DNA of 47,736 nucleotides, the filler included, from Streblomastix strix (lineage: Eukaryota): NCBI GenBank assembly GCA_008636045.1. It is 2 parts of 2 records of this genome, joined end to end, with 100 filler letters (N's around TTAATTAATTAA, not from the genome) between each part and the next. Parts side by side here need not be neighbours in the genome. Positions count along the whole stretch, not along the records: positions 1 to 23,818 come from SNRW01000257.1; positions 23,919 to 47,736 come from SNRW01000258.1. One strand, 5' to 3'. The position numbers and the translations under genes are program-made. The notes below the pieces were generated by a model that worked only from the letters and a program-made list of their open reading frames with translations, did no database searches and was not told the origin of the DNA. Within the stretch, counting starts at the first letter, position 1. Each line of letters opens with the position of its first letter. This document shows positions 13,388 through 26,546 of this stretch, piece after piece.

Positions 13388-16300
13388 TCATATTTTCTTT
13401 GATGATTCTTCGAGTCTTGAAGCAAATCCGTTGTAATTAAGAAGAGTAAGGAGATGTATAATATTCGGATGTATTCGTTATGCTCCTGCAATTGTCGCTG
13501 TTTGTGGTACAGATGATTATCCAGGAAGTGGGAGTGCCAATGAACTCAACTCAGCATGTAGTGCACTGAACATTCTATAAAGGAGACCAAACTTCTATGA
13601 AGCTTCTATCTATAATGCATTAATATGTTCTGTTACTTATTCAATGATTCTTTCTTTAGTCTCCAAAGTTGCTGTTTGTATTGAATCTGATATTGTCTAT
13701 GCTGATGTAGATAAAGCCAATGAGGGTAATTTATCTGCAGCCAATCTGGATATCATCACATCCATGTCTGTTCCTGTTATTATGGTACCTCTAATCTTCT
13801 AATATACATCCTATATATAAGGAAGTGAATCTACTGTCTGAATGAACTCCATTGTTATGTCTATAATATCAGATATTGTCTGCGTGATGATCCTGTTAGT
13901 TAAGAATAGTTGCATGTGTATATTAGCTACAAGAAGTGCATGTGACTCAATTACTCGTAGATAATGCGTGTCTGCATGTCTATTTCTATTCTTATTTATA
14001 TTTATATTTATATTATTTATCTATTTATAATCATCAGCAAAGAATTATTTTTCAAATTCTTCGCATTCATTTCTGATCACAATTCCACAGAAATATCCTC
14101 TAAGTGAAGTGAAGGTTGAATTAAGAAGAGAAAATAATGTCTTTGAAATATGATTAAGTTTCTAAGAAGTTTAAACACGTTATTTTAATTAATGAAGTGT
14201 TTTATGATCATCATTTTATAATTAATCTTATTCTATTTCATAATCTTTAATCATCTTATCATTGCTCTAATTATTAATATTATTATCTTCTTCATCATCA
14301 TCACCCAACTTATAATTAACATCAAACCCTAAATCGAATGAAGATTCTTATTATTCTTCTGTTTCTATCTTCTTATTCTGCTATTTGTTAATTAAATTAC
14401 GATTTCCTATTCTTTTCCCTCGATCATTCATTAACCTTATTTATTGATCATCATCTTTATTCATAAGACTTTGTTTCTATTCTTATTTTTCATTCTTAAT
14501 CTTCCTTTCTAATTAATTCATTTATTGCATTAATTGTTTAGTGTAGTTAGTAATGATTCGAGCACAATAAGCACCTTTACCTTGTAATTCAAGTTCAGTT
14601 TTCATAATAAGAAACATAAATCTGAATATTTATTTGTATTGGTTGTTGACTTGTGTGATTCCAAAGAACAATGAAAATGGGAATTATGGAGAAAAGCTCA
14701 TAGTAATTGAGTTGTATTTGGATATTGAATTGGGATTGAATAGAAATTGTGGTTATTGAGGAAGTATTGGTGTAATTGATGATTATTACTATTATTATTA
14801 CTAGGATGGTAATTATTATTTTAATTACTATAAATAGTTGATATATTATTTAATATAAGGATGTACAACTGGACTGAAATTCATCGCTTATTTCACTTCA
14901 TCTTCATCCATATTATTTCCTTTGTATTAATTATCTTATTCTTCTTCTTATTATTAATCCAACATATTTATTTATTTATTTTATTTCTATTATTTATTCA
15001 TCCATCCATCTGTATTACTTGTTGTGCACATCTTCAATGCTTCTTTCCATGATGAATTAATACATCTCTCCATTTCAGCTAGAGATATGGCACCTATATT
15101 AATTGGTTATAATAATGTATATATAATATAATAATATAATATAATAATATATTAATAAATTCTATTATATATATAATATTACAAACCTGTCAATGGTGTA
15201 ATTGTCTTTTATTATTATTGATTTTTCTATTAATTTACTAATAATGAATTTTACTAATTAGTTTAAGAAGGGGTAACAGATAATAATTAATTCTAAGAAG
15301 GTGTGTTTATATTCATCTATTAACTATTTATAGCATTCATTCCAAGTTACTTAATATCAATTCCTATTATTTCCCAACTGTTATCAATAAGCCTCTTATG
15401 AAATGCAGCGAATATATCTGATCTCTGAAGGAAGAAGTATTGCCAGGTTGTTCTGAATAAGAGACGAAGTGGAATATGCCTTAGAATGGCTGATATATAT
15501 ATGGATATATATTTGGATATAGTTAATATTAATAAGATGAATATGTGTATTGATCAATTAATTTATTATTATATTATATTATATATACAATTATACCTTA
15601 ATACAAATCCTATGATGCTTCTTCATGTAATTTATGAATCAAAGCAGCGAATCTTATCTGAGGAAATGAAGATTAATCTCGAATTGAAGCTGAAAGTGGA
15701 ATATGCATATGAATTGGGAATGAATAAGATTATTATTATTGTTATTATTAATCATCTTTATGTTAATTATCGTTTATATTAGAATATGATTATTCTGATT
15801 CGAAATTGTATTTATATTCATCTTCATCTTTTTATTGATCTTTTGGTAGTTGGATAAATTAAATCAATTCTGCTAAATTTTCCTAATCTTTTTTTCTTTC
15901 TTATTTTCTTCTTTCAATTTCTGGGTTTGAAGAATTAAATTTTCTCTCATCTTCTTAATTTCCAACTTTTAATTTTTATTCTTTAATATTCAATTCATCA
16001 AAATATTCATCATCTTCATATTCATCATAATTATCAAGTTTCTTCATCAATATCTTAGCTTATCCAACAAATAGAATTTCCTCAGCTGCATCAATTGTAA
16101 TGAATGATGGAATCTTTGTCACATCAACACAGAAGTTAGAAACAACAACTGTAGAATCTGATTCTTATTAATTTGTTTTTATTTTGTTTTATTTTGAATT
16201 CGGATTTGTTTTGGATATTAATTATAGAAGTTGTGCTGATGATGGAGAAAGTGATTGTGATGTGAAATTGAATGATTGCTATGATGGAATTGATGAAGAT

Positions 16301-17076
16301 GATTATTGCAATTATTATTATTATTATGATTGAATTAGATTTTATGATTTATTTATCTCTTCTTATTTTAATTTCTAATCTGATCGGTTGAAAATGAAAA
16401 ATTCATCATAAGGATCACATTCTTCATTCCACTCACCTTAGCACCATCTGGTAATCATCTTAATTAATACACCATTAACTGTTCTAAACAAAGGGAGGAT
16501 CATCTTTCTTAAGGACTAATCACATTCAGTGAAGACAATTTAATGAAGGCGAGTGAGTAAGGATGACCCATTTAGATTCTGGATGTTGATCTGAGCAATG
16601 AACTGTGCAACAAGTGGGAAGAACTTCATGTATTAGACAAGCGCATCACAGAGGAATGTGATGTAGGATGTTATTTGCTCTTCAATTATCTTTCGTTCAA
16701 GGAGAATAAGTGCCTGGAAATAGTAGGAATATGAGATTATGAGATAAAGTATATAATATAATATATTTCATACATAACGATATCCTTCAAGAATATAGTT
16801 ATCCAAGGAATAGCAGAATCCTGTGATAAAATGCCCTGATAATCGCAATCTGTTTTCTTCCACAAAGCTTCGACATGTGTAGAAATCAGCTCCAAGTCGT
16901 GCAAGTTTCTCAAGCAGTTTCAGTTCAGCAATACTAAAATGCGTCCGAGCAGCACTAGAAAATTTCAATTATGTAGAATTTACACCAGGAAGTTCTTCAA
17001 CAAGTCCACCAGGAGCACCTGAAAGTAAAACAAAGAGAGCCTCTGCTCCTGATTCACGCATATTGCCAGTGTTCAT
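13388..17076 (-). CDS. TUBGCP4: Gamma-tubulin complex component 4 (GCP4), 4 exons, with long Q/N/E-rich insertions
   Basis: N-terminus EALFVLLSGAPGG...ELKLLEKLARLGADF...GFCYSLDNYILEGYRYALILLE; then DPYDEFFI, IPSFITIDAAEEILFVG, YFFLQRSDIF, FPFSLFF...YKQIFRF; C-terminal LLTLLNYNGF. These are GRIP1/GRIP2 motifs with no N-terminal extension, as in GCP4. Confidence 0.85.
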
Positions 17077-17607
17077 TATTACAATCACTTACTGAATATA
17101 TTTATAAGGAAAGAATAGTGAAAACGAAGTTTTGCATTCTGTATCAGAATTAGTTTCAAATTTCAAATAATAATTTTGTGAGGAGTTTAGAAAAACTTGT
17201 TGCATTCATGAACAACTGCATAATGATTTAATTTAATAAATTTAAAATGTAATAAAAAATATTATATAATATAATATTGAAATAAAAACAATATTATAAA
17301 AAAATAAAGAGAGTAATTGCTCGGTTTTTATTACCAATTTGTTGTGACCCGTGGTTGTGTATATAATAAGTGACTTGGTATATGTCTATATATATAACAT
17401 TTTTATTTTCGCTTTTCACCTGTTCAGAAAATAATAAATCTACATTGAACGTGAAATCTACCTTGAAACATTTAATTGGAAAAAATCTGTATCATTATTT
17501 TATTATCACTCATTTAAATAAAATATTAATAAAAATTGATTTTAAATGAAATATAGAAACAGTTGAATGATTTTAATATTGTGGAAAATTTTGATGAAGA
17601 GATTTAA

Positions 17608-19348
17608 TCAATTCAAAGAAATATGCTTTGCTTTACATATTTTTTTGATTTCTTATATTTACTTGTTGCAAGTTTCTATCATATCCAACATTCTACTATT
17701 GTCTGTCCTACTATAAAGAATATTTAAAATTTCACGGCCTTTGACAAATAGCTTATATGCTTATGGGAGATGATTCAAATTTTATTCAACTATTGCAACA
17801 TTGACATAATAGTTCGAAAGTTGAGTATTAAGTTATCCTTCTTATGAGCCTGAATAAATATTAAAGAGAATTAAAATAAATGAAATTAAATAAAATTAAT
17901 AATGTCTAACATTCAAAATTCTCAATTAATTAGTATCCTATTGGAAGACATCTTAGATTATCTTCAGTTTCTTGGAACTGCTATGCAAGATTCATATTAG
18001 CAACACAACTAAGTGGATGAAACTAAGGCAATTTCTCACCAACTTTTCCATAATCGAATCTTCCTCCAAATTGTGAGAAAGCAGAGAAAGATCCTTCAAT
18101 CTAAGCAATCTATCTGTCAATATACTGTCGATCAGCTGGAGATGTAAGTTAAGGGACCAGACATTTGGTGCATAAATAGTAGTATGGTGAACAAAGCATG
18201 TCTTCATTCCCATCCTTCTGAACATCATGCGGGTTTTCATACACACGAAACATTGGATTTCCGCAATTACAGACTAAGGCTTCTCCATACATATCTGATG
18301 AGAATTTATAATCTTTGTATTTACTACTTGTGACGCCTTTCTTCTTTTCTTATTCCATATCTTTCAAAATCAATTATCCTTCAATGTTATCTGCACATCT
18401 CGGACAATCACAATTAATCCTCCAATGAATTAGCTTCATTTGTCTGATTGAAAAAGGAAACTTCTGACCAACATATGAAACATAGAGTGTTTCTCCCTTC
18501 TTTATATCCCGAGTTGCAATGGCAAAAACAGATCCATCTGAATTCCATGAAAGTTTGATATTTGGACGACACGAATGATTGAACAAAGACAAACGTGGAT
18601 ATATTGCTGCAATATTCTCACGCGTAAAGCCACATTAACATAATTCAAAGTTATTAACAACTTTCGCATCAATTTCTTTAGCTTCATCAATGGCTGTTGC
18701 ATTCTGATAATACTTTGCTGGAGAATTTGGATCAATTCCCAGAATTTCTAAAAGATTAGAGGAAACAGAATGCAATTGTATTTCACTTTATTAATTGATC
18801 TTGTCTCTGTGTGATATGAGAGTGAGTATATCATTGACTGTATGGACATGTGTTCGCGGTATTGGTTAAGAATTCATGTATTATAGTTCAGATGGATTTG
18901 GCTTCCCACGATTGTGAATATCCTTTGAGACTTTGAAATATCCTTCATTTTGCTTATCTTCATCTTTCTTTTATTCAATTTCACTCTGAATCATATACAT
19001 TGTCCTCAAATATATTCTATATGTAAGACGAAGTATTTATTATAATAAATACGGATCAATCTTTTCAAATACTTTGCATTCAAGTTTATGAATCATATTC
19101 CAATGCTTTATCTGGCATTCCTTAGAGCAATAATGAGCTTGTTTGCATCTTACACATCTCTTTAATGGAATACCGTATTTGAAGCAAACCTCACACATTT
19201 ATCCTTGAAATTCAGTTAGAATATAAAATGCAAATGGTTATTCATGAACAACCAGATCTCCAGGTTTCAAATCAGAAAATGCTATTGCATTAAACCCATA
19301 TTTTTTCTTATACTCTATATTAAATGATTCAATTGACTAGGTATTCAT
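17608..19348 (-). CDS. SET and MYND domain (SMYD-family) lysine methyltransferase, 2 exons
   Basis: Split SET ([18 protein letters not shown]), MYND finger (CEVC...[25 protein letters not shown]), [25 protein letters not shown], post-SET CDCPRC, then a TPR-like helical C-terminus. One intron near 17850-17910. Confidence 0.92.
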
Positions 19349-19978
19349 TCTGTAATAAAAAAATCATAAATTTAAAGAATATTTAAGGGAATGTGACATT
19401 ATAAAATTAAAAAAAAATTATTTAAAATTAATTTTCCTAAAATTGACCACGTAAGTTGTTTCATGTGACATTTTGGACAATTTTATATTGAATAATGCTA
19501 GTATTTAAATAAAGAACAATTTTAAAAAACAAAATTATTTAGAAATAATGTTTGGTTTGTTCATAGTGCACGATTTGAAATAAAAATAATTTTTTCTTCA
19601 AAAGTACGAGTGTAAGATTTTTTATTGTTATTGTTTGATGAGTTAAGCCAAATAAAATAAAAATAAAGATTAAAATTGCTAGATTGTCATCTTAATGCAC
19701 TGTTTTATAACACTAACCATTTGAAATAAAATAAATTTTATCTATTTTTTATTTATTGATAAATAAATTTACAAAAATATATTGTTTTTGTATTTGCAAA
19801 TATTTATTGACAATTGGAATGCAATAAATATTAAATAATTCAGAAAAGGGACTGAAAAAAATACACTAATTTAAACCAAATTAATAAAATATAAACAAAT
19901 ATGATTAACTTGCCAAATCTAATAATAATGTTAGTGATTTTGATAATTAGTACATAAAAGTTAAACAAATTAGATTTA

Positions 19979-20954
19979 TCAAAATGACCTTAGCAGTAAG
20001 TTGCTCTTGTGAATAAAGCGGTTCAGTGATGCTGCTTTAGCTAAGTTTGCCCAATCCTTGATATTACCATTAGATCCTATATTTTTCATTTATGTTTCAA
20101 TTTCTTCATTTGCTCCTTCTTCTTCTATTTGTTCTTCAGATCTTCGAGCAAGTAATGGAAGAGGTTGGAAGGATGGCATCTAATCAATATTACTACCTTT
20201 ATGGAGATCTAAGATGAACCAGTAGAGGCAATTCAATCTATTCCAGATCTCCTTATTTTGTTCCTCACCAATGCCTCCTGCTGTACTAAAAGATATAACC
20301 AATACTATTACATACCCAACTTTCAAAAGTTCGGATTGGCCTTATGCATCGCCATATAATTGAATCTACCTAAGACATTGTCTACTGTTATATCTGATTT
20401 TTAGACTCTGTTGATCTTCTTAGTTGAAATGATCACTGATTTTGTATCTTGTTAGTGTGGAAATTGATTGAAGCAGATTTGGAATCTAAGTCACTAATTT
20501 ACGTACATTATTATTCAGGGTTTGACTTAAAATGTATTCAAGAGAAGAAGTAATTTTAGTAAGATAATATATTGATTCTGATTATTCATTTTATTTTCTT
20601 TCTTTATTGTATGTATATGAATCAATAAACGAAATTATGGCTCTTGCTGCATCTTAGATTTTTTATATAGACTCCGTTTTATCTTGATTCTTTTATAATA
20701 ATAAAAAAGAATATAAAATAATAAATATATATGATAATTAAAAGAGAAAGAATAAACAGAAGGAAATAATTAAAAAATTATTAGAAACCAATTTTGAATT
20801 AAATTATTTTGGTAAGTTAAATATCAAAATAAGTGTACGATAGTCGTAAATCAGTGTGCAACAGTTGTAAACCAGTATGTTATAGTTTGTAAACGAGTGT
20901 GCGGCAGTCGTAAACCAGTGTGTGGTTATTGTATAAAATGTTTTATTGGTACAT
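19979..20954 (-). CDS. Member B of the short multicopy family; main exon 19979-~20689 intact, 5' exon and start uncertain
   Basis: ...IRYNSRQCLRQIQLYGDAQGQSELLKVGY...SFSTAGGIGEEQNKEI...DLHKG...SFQPLPLLARRSEEQIEEEGANEEIETQM...AKAASLNRFIH. Candidate first exon runs from ATG 20954 to a donor near 20788. Confidence 0.75.
20832..20937. repeat. Degenerate 21-bp tandem repeat, 5 copies (AGTGTGCRRCAGTYGTAAACC-like)
   Basis: agtgtacgatagtcgtaaatc / agtgtgcaacagttgtaaacc / agtatgttatagtttgtaaacg / agtgtgcggcagtcgtaaacc / agtgtgtggttattgtataaa. Confidence 0.8.
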
Positions 20955-21496
20955 TAGATATTTAAAATATAGGGCATGCACAAATTACAGATTTTCGGAG
21001 ATATTTTTGATAGGAAATTTTGGCTTGAACTTGTTATAATATGTGTTAAATTATATTGAAAATAATGTAAGATAGGCAGAAATGATTCAATTTGTAGGAT
21101 TTTTAAGATTAAAACATCGGGTGGTTTAAACGAGGAAATATTCCTATATCTTGCCATTTCGCTTCGAATAAAAAATATTTAATTTAGCAAATATGACAAA
21201 CAAGTCAATAATGAATAAAAGAATATATATCAATGGTTACAATTTCATAGAAAATTATTCTTAATGAGGAATTGTATATTTTATGAATTCCTTTATTCAA
21301 TGGTATCTTCAATAACATCCCAACAATGTCATATGTTTTGTATAAAATTTGAGAGAGTAAATAACAAATGAGTAAATTGGCTATGATAAATTTATCCATC
21401 AAACAAAGTACGTAAAATTTGTCCATATATTATTTTATTAGCTCATTTTAAGTTTCCAAAGCAAAAACTATTAAACCACTTCGAGTTGAGACGTAT

Positions 21497-23679
21497 TCAC
21501 TTCTTTTTCTTCTATGCACTACTTGATTTCTCACTCGAATCGCCAATACTCTTTCTATGTGGCTCTAAAGCTTCTGGTTCATCAATATTTACACCCAATT
21601 TAGCAACAGCTTTTGCTTTTTTGATGTTTTCCTCATTAATTCTTTGCTACTCGCGTAACTGTTTTTCTTTCTCCTCGGTAACTGTCTCCATATTAATCGC
21701 CTTATTAGCTCTCTCAATTGTGTCAATTGCTTTTTCTCTAGCTTTATTTTCTGCATCTTATATAACTTGTTGGTCATTTGTTCTTCTTGTCCCTTGAAAT
21801 TATTTAACTTACTCATGTCTCCACTCATAATCCATCTTAGCTATCTTTGCCAGATCGTGGATAGTCTATCTAGAATTGGACGTGTCTAAATAGTTGAAGA
21901 AACCTTTGAATCTGCTGTTTGTGATCACTTCATTGATGGACCTGCAATGCTCCACTCTGAGTGGGTATATTTCTGCATTCAATAAAGATGGAGGTTATAG
22001 TGATGATTGAATTGGTAGTTTCCCACTAAATATTGGCATTGAAGGTTAGATCAGGTTCATTTATAGCTATTTAGGTGTTGATTAAGGAGAATATTGCTGT
22101 GTAGTTGGGAATAGTGATGAAGTTCCAGGAGATGGGAAAGTCTATTTAAATACAGATGATGGAGCACTTGGTACATTCAATGATGCAAAAGATCCTGGTA
22201 TTAGATTTGATGGGAAATGTATCTTCATATCAGGTTCATGCGGTGTATCAAATATTGGAAGTTGGAGTATTTATTCAGCTGAACTTCTGTGTCTTGTATT
22301 CGCTATAAGTGAAAGCTATACAACTTGTACTGCCTCTGCAAAACTATCTATAACATCTACAATGCTCAGTTATTGATTAATATCATCCATTTAGTTGTCT
22401 TTCTTCATTCTTCCTTAATTACGTTCCTTCCTCATATTCTCAACCATGATCTCGTCTTCAAGCATTGATCCTGCAAACTCTTGGAACCTGTTCAGAATCC
22501 AGTCACCAAACAGATTAACAGTCTGAGATATTGGAATGACATCATACTAAGGGTTCAGCTGCCCTTAATATGCTTGGAATGCCTATAAACACGTATATTT
22601 GACGATCTACTCAGCAGAAGGATTGAAATTAAGATTGGGGATTAATCCACTATTCAGACCGTCTTCAAAACTTTCCTTATTCAGATCAATTTTATTATTC
22701 TTATTGTCTCTTTTCATTTCATTGATCAAGTTCTACTTAATATTCTCGTAGTCCTTCCTTATCAATTACTCAATAACAATAGGAAGTGCTTTCCACCAGT
22801 AATCCTTGCTTATATATATCATATCAGATACAATCTGCTGTACTGTTAATGGTCTTTATTATTCACGTTACTATCTCTGTGCAACTGCAGCAGCATCGGC
22901 CTTCTATTATGCATATACATCAGCTTATACATTATCTAATCCCATCTAATGTGCATTTTGTCTCTCTTATCTTAAGATGTCATTTCTGATCTCATTAATC
23001 CTGTTCTCGTCGTGCTTGATTCTTAGGTCTGTGGCAAATGCAACTACTTATTGGGGTGCTTTTGGGAGATGTTTATCATCTAAATCGGTCATCCTTATGA
23101 ACAGAGGCTGGTTTATGAGTGTATCTAGATGGTTTATTACTTTGTATTACTTCTGAGATAATTAATCATTATTTCCTCCTTATTCTTATTTTGAGAATAA
23201 AACCCAGAATAATCTGATCTTCTTCTTCTCTTTTGATAATCTCTTTTCTAATTCCTTCTTTTATTCATCCCTTAATTAACCTCTTTAGATCTTCTTCTCT
23301 ATATCTGATATAGTCCTCTGAATGTCCTGATATTTCCCCAATAGATACATCATATCTCGAATATATGCAGTTACACCTTATATCACATTCTTGTCCTCTG
23401 CAGAAGCAAAAACGTCTCTTGTTGCTTTGTAATTCTCATAGTTATACCCCAGATTCTCAATCGGTGTTGTCTAGTTATCAATCTCACCAAGGATCTTCTC
23501 CATCTTTATCATTGTCAGATGAACATGCTTCTCAGGATTATCAAATAGCTTATGTCCAATTTTGATCTCAGCCATAACTAATCCCATTGACCAGATATCA
23601 CATAATGGAGTGTAGGTGAATTCTCGATCTGTTAAGACAATCTCTGGTGGGGAATATCCATCTGTCATGCGGACACCAT
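21497..23679 (-). CDS. Last exon of a CMGC-like Ser/Thr kinase with a ~375-aa insert in the C-lobe (5' part lost in the gap)
   Basis: One open exon of about 727 codons. Subdomains VIII-X read [10 protein letters not shown]...[20 protein letters not shown]...MEKILG. The subdomain XI-like [28 protein letters not shown] appears only near 22260-22340. Confidence 0.8.
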
Positions 23680-23700
23680 CTGAATGAATACAAATATAAG

Positions 23701-23818
<118 letters not shown>

Positions 23819-23918
23819 NNNNNNNNNNNNNNNNNNNNNNNNNNNNNNNNNNNNNNNNNNNNTTAATTAATTAANNNNNNNNNNNNNNNNNNNNNNNNNN
23901 NNNNNNNNNNNNNNNNNN
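23819..23918. other. Artificial 100-nt contig spacer (44 N + TTAATTAATTAA + 44 N)
   Basis: Symmetric N runs flank a 12-mer that has TAA in all six frames. The genes on both sides are cut off and unrelated. Confidence 0.93.
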
Positions 23919-26546
23919 GAGAGAATCATTCGGAAAGAAGATTCCTTTTGTTATTGAGAAAGGAGTGGTTGATTTTGCTAATAAAGTTATTTTGTTATAA
24001 AATAGTGAAGGAGATGGAATTTATTTATTATGATAATATTATTAACTAGTATTCTTATTATTATCTTCACCTTTCTAACTCTTTGAAGGACTACTATTAA
24101 ATGATGAATTAAATAATTATGAGTTATTTTATTCAAACTTATCAAATTCAGTCAATTCTCTATTCCTATCCTAATCCATATTAATATTAACATCTACATC
24201 TTTCACTCTAGATATATCATAAATAGATATTACATTCTTGCCTAATTCATCCTTACCAACAATTAATATTCTTTTTCCTTATTAGCAAATATCAATTGAA
24301 GTAATTTATTTGTATTAAGATAATAGTTATGCTCCTATGCATTCTCCAGTTATAGAATTCCATATTAATAACATGGATGGAATATTAATTGGACTATTTA
24401 TTTATTAATTGTATTGTTATTATTATGATTATAACTGTGATGCAGATGATACTACTGAAACAGATTGAATCAAATCCTTATTTATATTTAAAGTTGATTA
24501 AGATGAATATGAATTAATCTTTGGAATTGGTTGAGTTTAAACTTGAATAGATTACATATGAATAGGAAGAGGATATGGTTCATATAATGATGGATTACAA
24601 TTCAATGTATTTATATTTGTTTATAGACTATTATACTTTGATATTAAATTTTGAGATTATTATTATTATTATATCTGAATTGAAGATGAAGATTACGATG
24701 ATGCTTTTGGAGGTGAATGAGATATTTAATGTGATGAAGAATATTAATTCTTTCTAAATCTATCTTATTCTATTTCATATTCTTCATCATCTTCCTCTTC
24801 TTATACTTATTAGCTTATCTTTGAATTAATTATTACTGGAGATGGTATGTTTATGTTTGATTGAACAGAAACAAGTAAGTTAGATTCTTTTGAGTAGCAT
24901 ATTCCAGATATTGGTGCTGTGTGTCCAATTAATAATATTTGCTTGTCTTTAGTTCACTCATTATTTTAGTTATTACTATTCAAATTAAGCTATTTATTTT
25001 ATTGGTTTACTTGAGTTATTTAACTTGGTTATAATATTATAATCAGAGATGATGATGTATAAGCTAAACTATTATCATTCAACCAAATAAGTTATTAGAA
25101 ATTCTAATTCTAATTCTAATTTAAATTCATTCTTTATTTTCCACTCTAAAATTATGGTATTTGAGGAGATTAAGATTAAAATGGAGAGAAACCAATGTGA
25201 GATTTGAGTTATAAATAAGGAGTTGGAATATGAAGTAAATTATTTGATTGTTATTCTTACTATGATTATTACATTAATTCAGTTTATTCTTATTTCTTAT
25301 TTTAATTGTAATTATCAGTATTAATTTCATATCCGCAGAGAGGAAATTCAAAAATATTTGGTATTTTGTTTCTCCTTTTCTTTTTCTTCATTATTTTCTT
25401 CTTCTTTTATTCAGCATCAGAAGCATCTTAATATTCAATATGATCAACAAATAAAGATTCTTATTCAGAAACATTTTTACTTCTTTTACTGACATATGAT
25501 ACATTTTATTATTCTTTGTTTGAGTTAATACTAGCTTCAGATTATTATTTTTATTATCTTAATCCTTATATATCATCTTCATCTACATATATTCCATCAT
25601 TTGCTTTTCCATATCTTTATTATAAATTCTAATTATTTTATTCTATCTTAATTTTCTTTGATTGTTTTGTTTATTTATTATCTTCTTAATTCATATTTTA
25701 TTATTATATCTATTTAAAAGAAGAAGATTATGATTACTATATTGATTTACTTGATTATGGTCTTTTAGCATTAGATTAGAATAAAGACTATTTCTTATCT
25801 TTTTGAATAGGAATGATTGATGGTTATTACATTAAAAGTGATTATTAATGCTTTATATCTGCACTTCTTGGTCTTTGAATCTATGTTTAATTATCTTTTT
25901 ATTTTTCTTATATTTTCTTCTTTTAAGATTATGGAGATGAAATATAACATTGCGGAATCAATATCCAATCATACAATGATTCAAATTTGGCATTATTTGG
26001 TAATGGAAGAGAAAAATCATTTGGTAAGGACTGATATAAACAGTAGTAAAGAAAGAAAGAAAATAATATAATAAATTAAAGAAATAAGCAAACTCTGTGC
26101 GCATATAGATTATCAGATGACCATGCAGCACGAACCATAAGTTAAGCGCAAAACTCCAATGATTTAATTTCATTAAATTTCATTTTTAAGAAATAGTTTC
26201 CTATCATATTCATATCTATGCAGACTACAGTCCATTTCATTGGTTATAATATCAAAGGGAGTGACAATGAAATTCCATTATTCTTTGGTAATATATAAAT
26301 ATTCCCCAATGATATTCTTGATATAAAATATTAATCCATTAAAGCTTCTATATGAATTGAATATGTTTGCGATGGAGGTGGAACAGCTTTGCACTGATTA
26401 AAATAAGATTATAAATAATATCAAAGAGAAAAAATTGAAAATACCTCAAAATAAAGATATTATCCTTTCAGGCCAATTCCCTTCTTTGACATTTCACTTG
26501 CTGGGAAGTGAACAAATTATCCCTAACCACCAATATTTATCGCCAT
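23919..26546 (-). CDS. WDR90: WDR90/POC16 centriolar protein (CFA20/DUF667 domain + WD40), 3'-partial; may have more small 5' exons up to ~26830; in-frame TGA at 24954-24956
   Basis: GIGLKGQYLYF...YSIHIE...RISLGNIY...KWTVVCIDM...IKSLEFCAQLMVRAAWSSD...LPNDFSLPLP...YDWILIP (WDR90-type DUF667). Then QILLIGHTAPISGICYSKESNLLVSVQ and LIWNSITGECI...VGKDELGKNVISIYD (WD repeats). Confidence 0.85.

Noticed and set aside
9163..20937. Repeat arrays at 9163-9476 and 20832-20937 as possible CRISPR arrays
   Set aside because: The units are directly adjacent with no unique spacers, no cas genes are present, and the context is eukaryotic.
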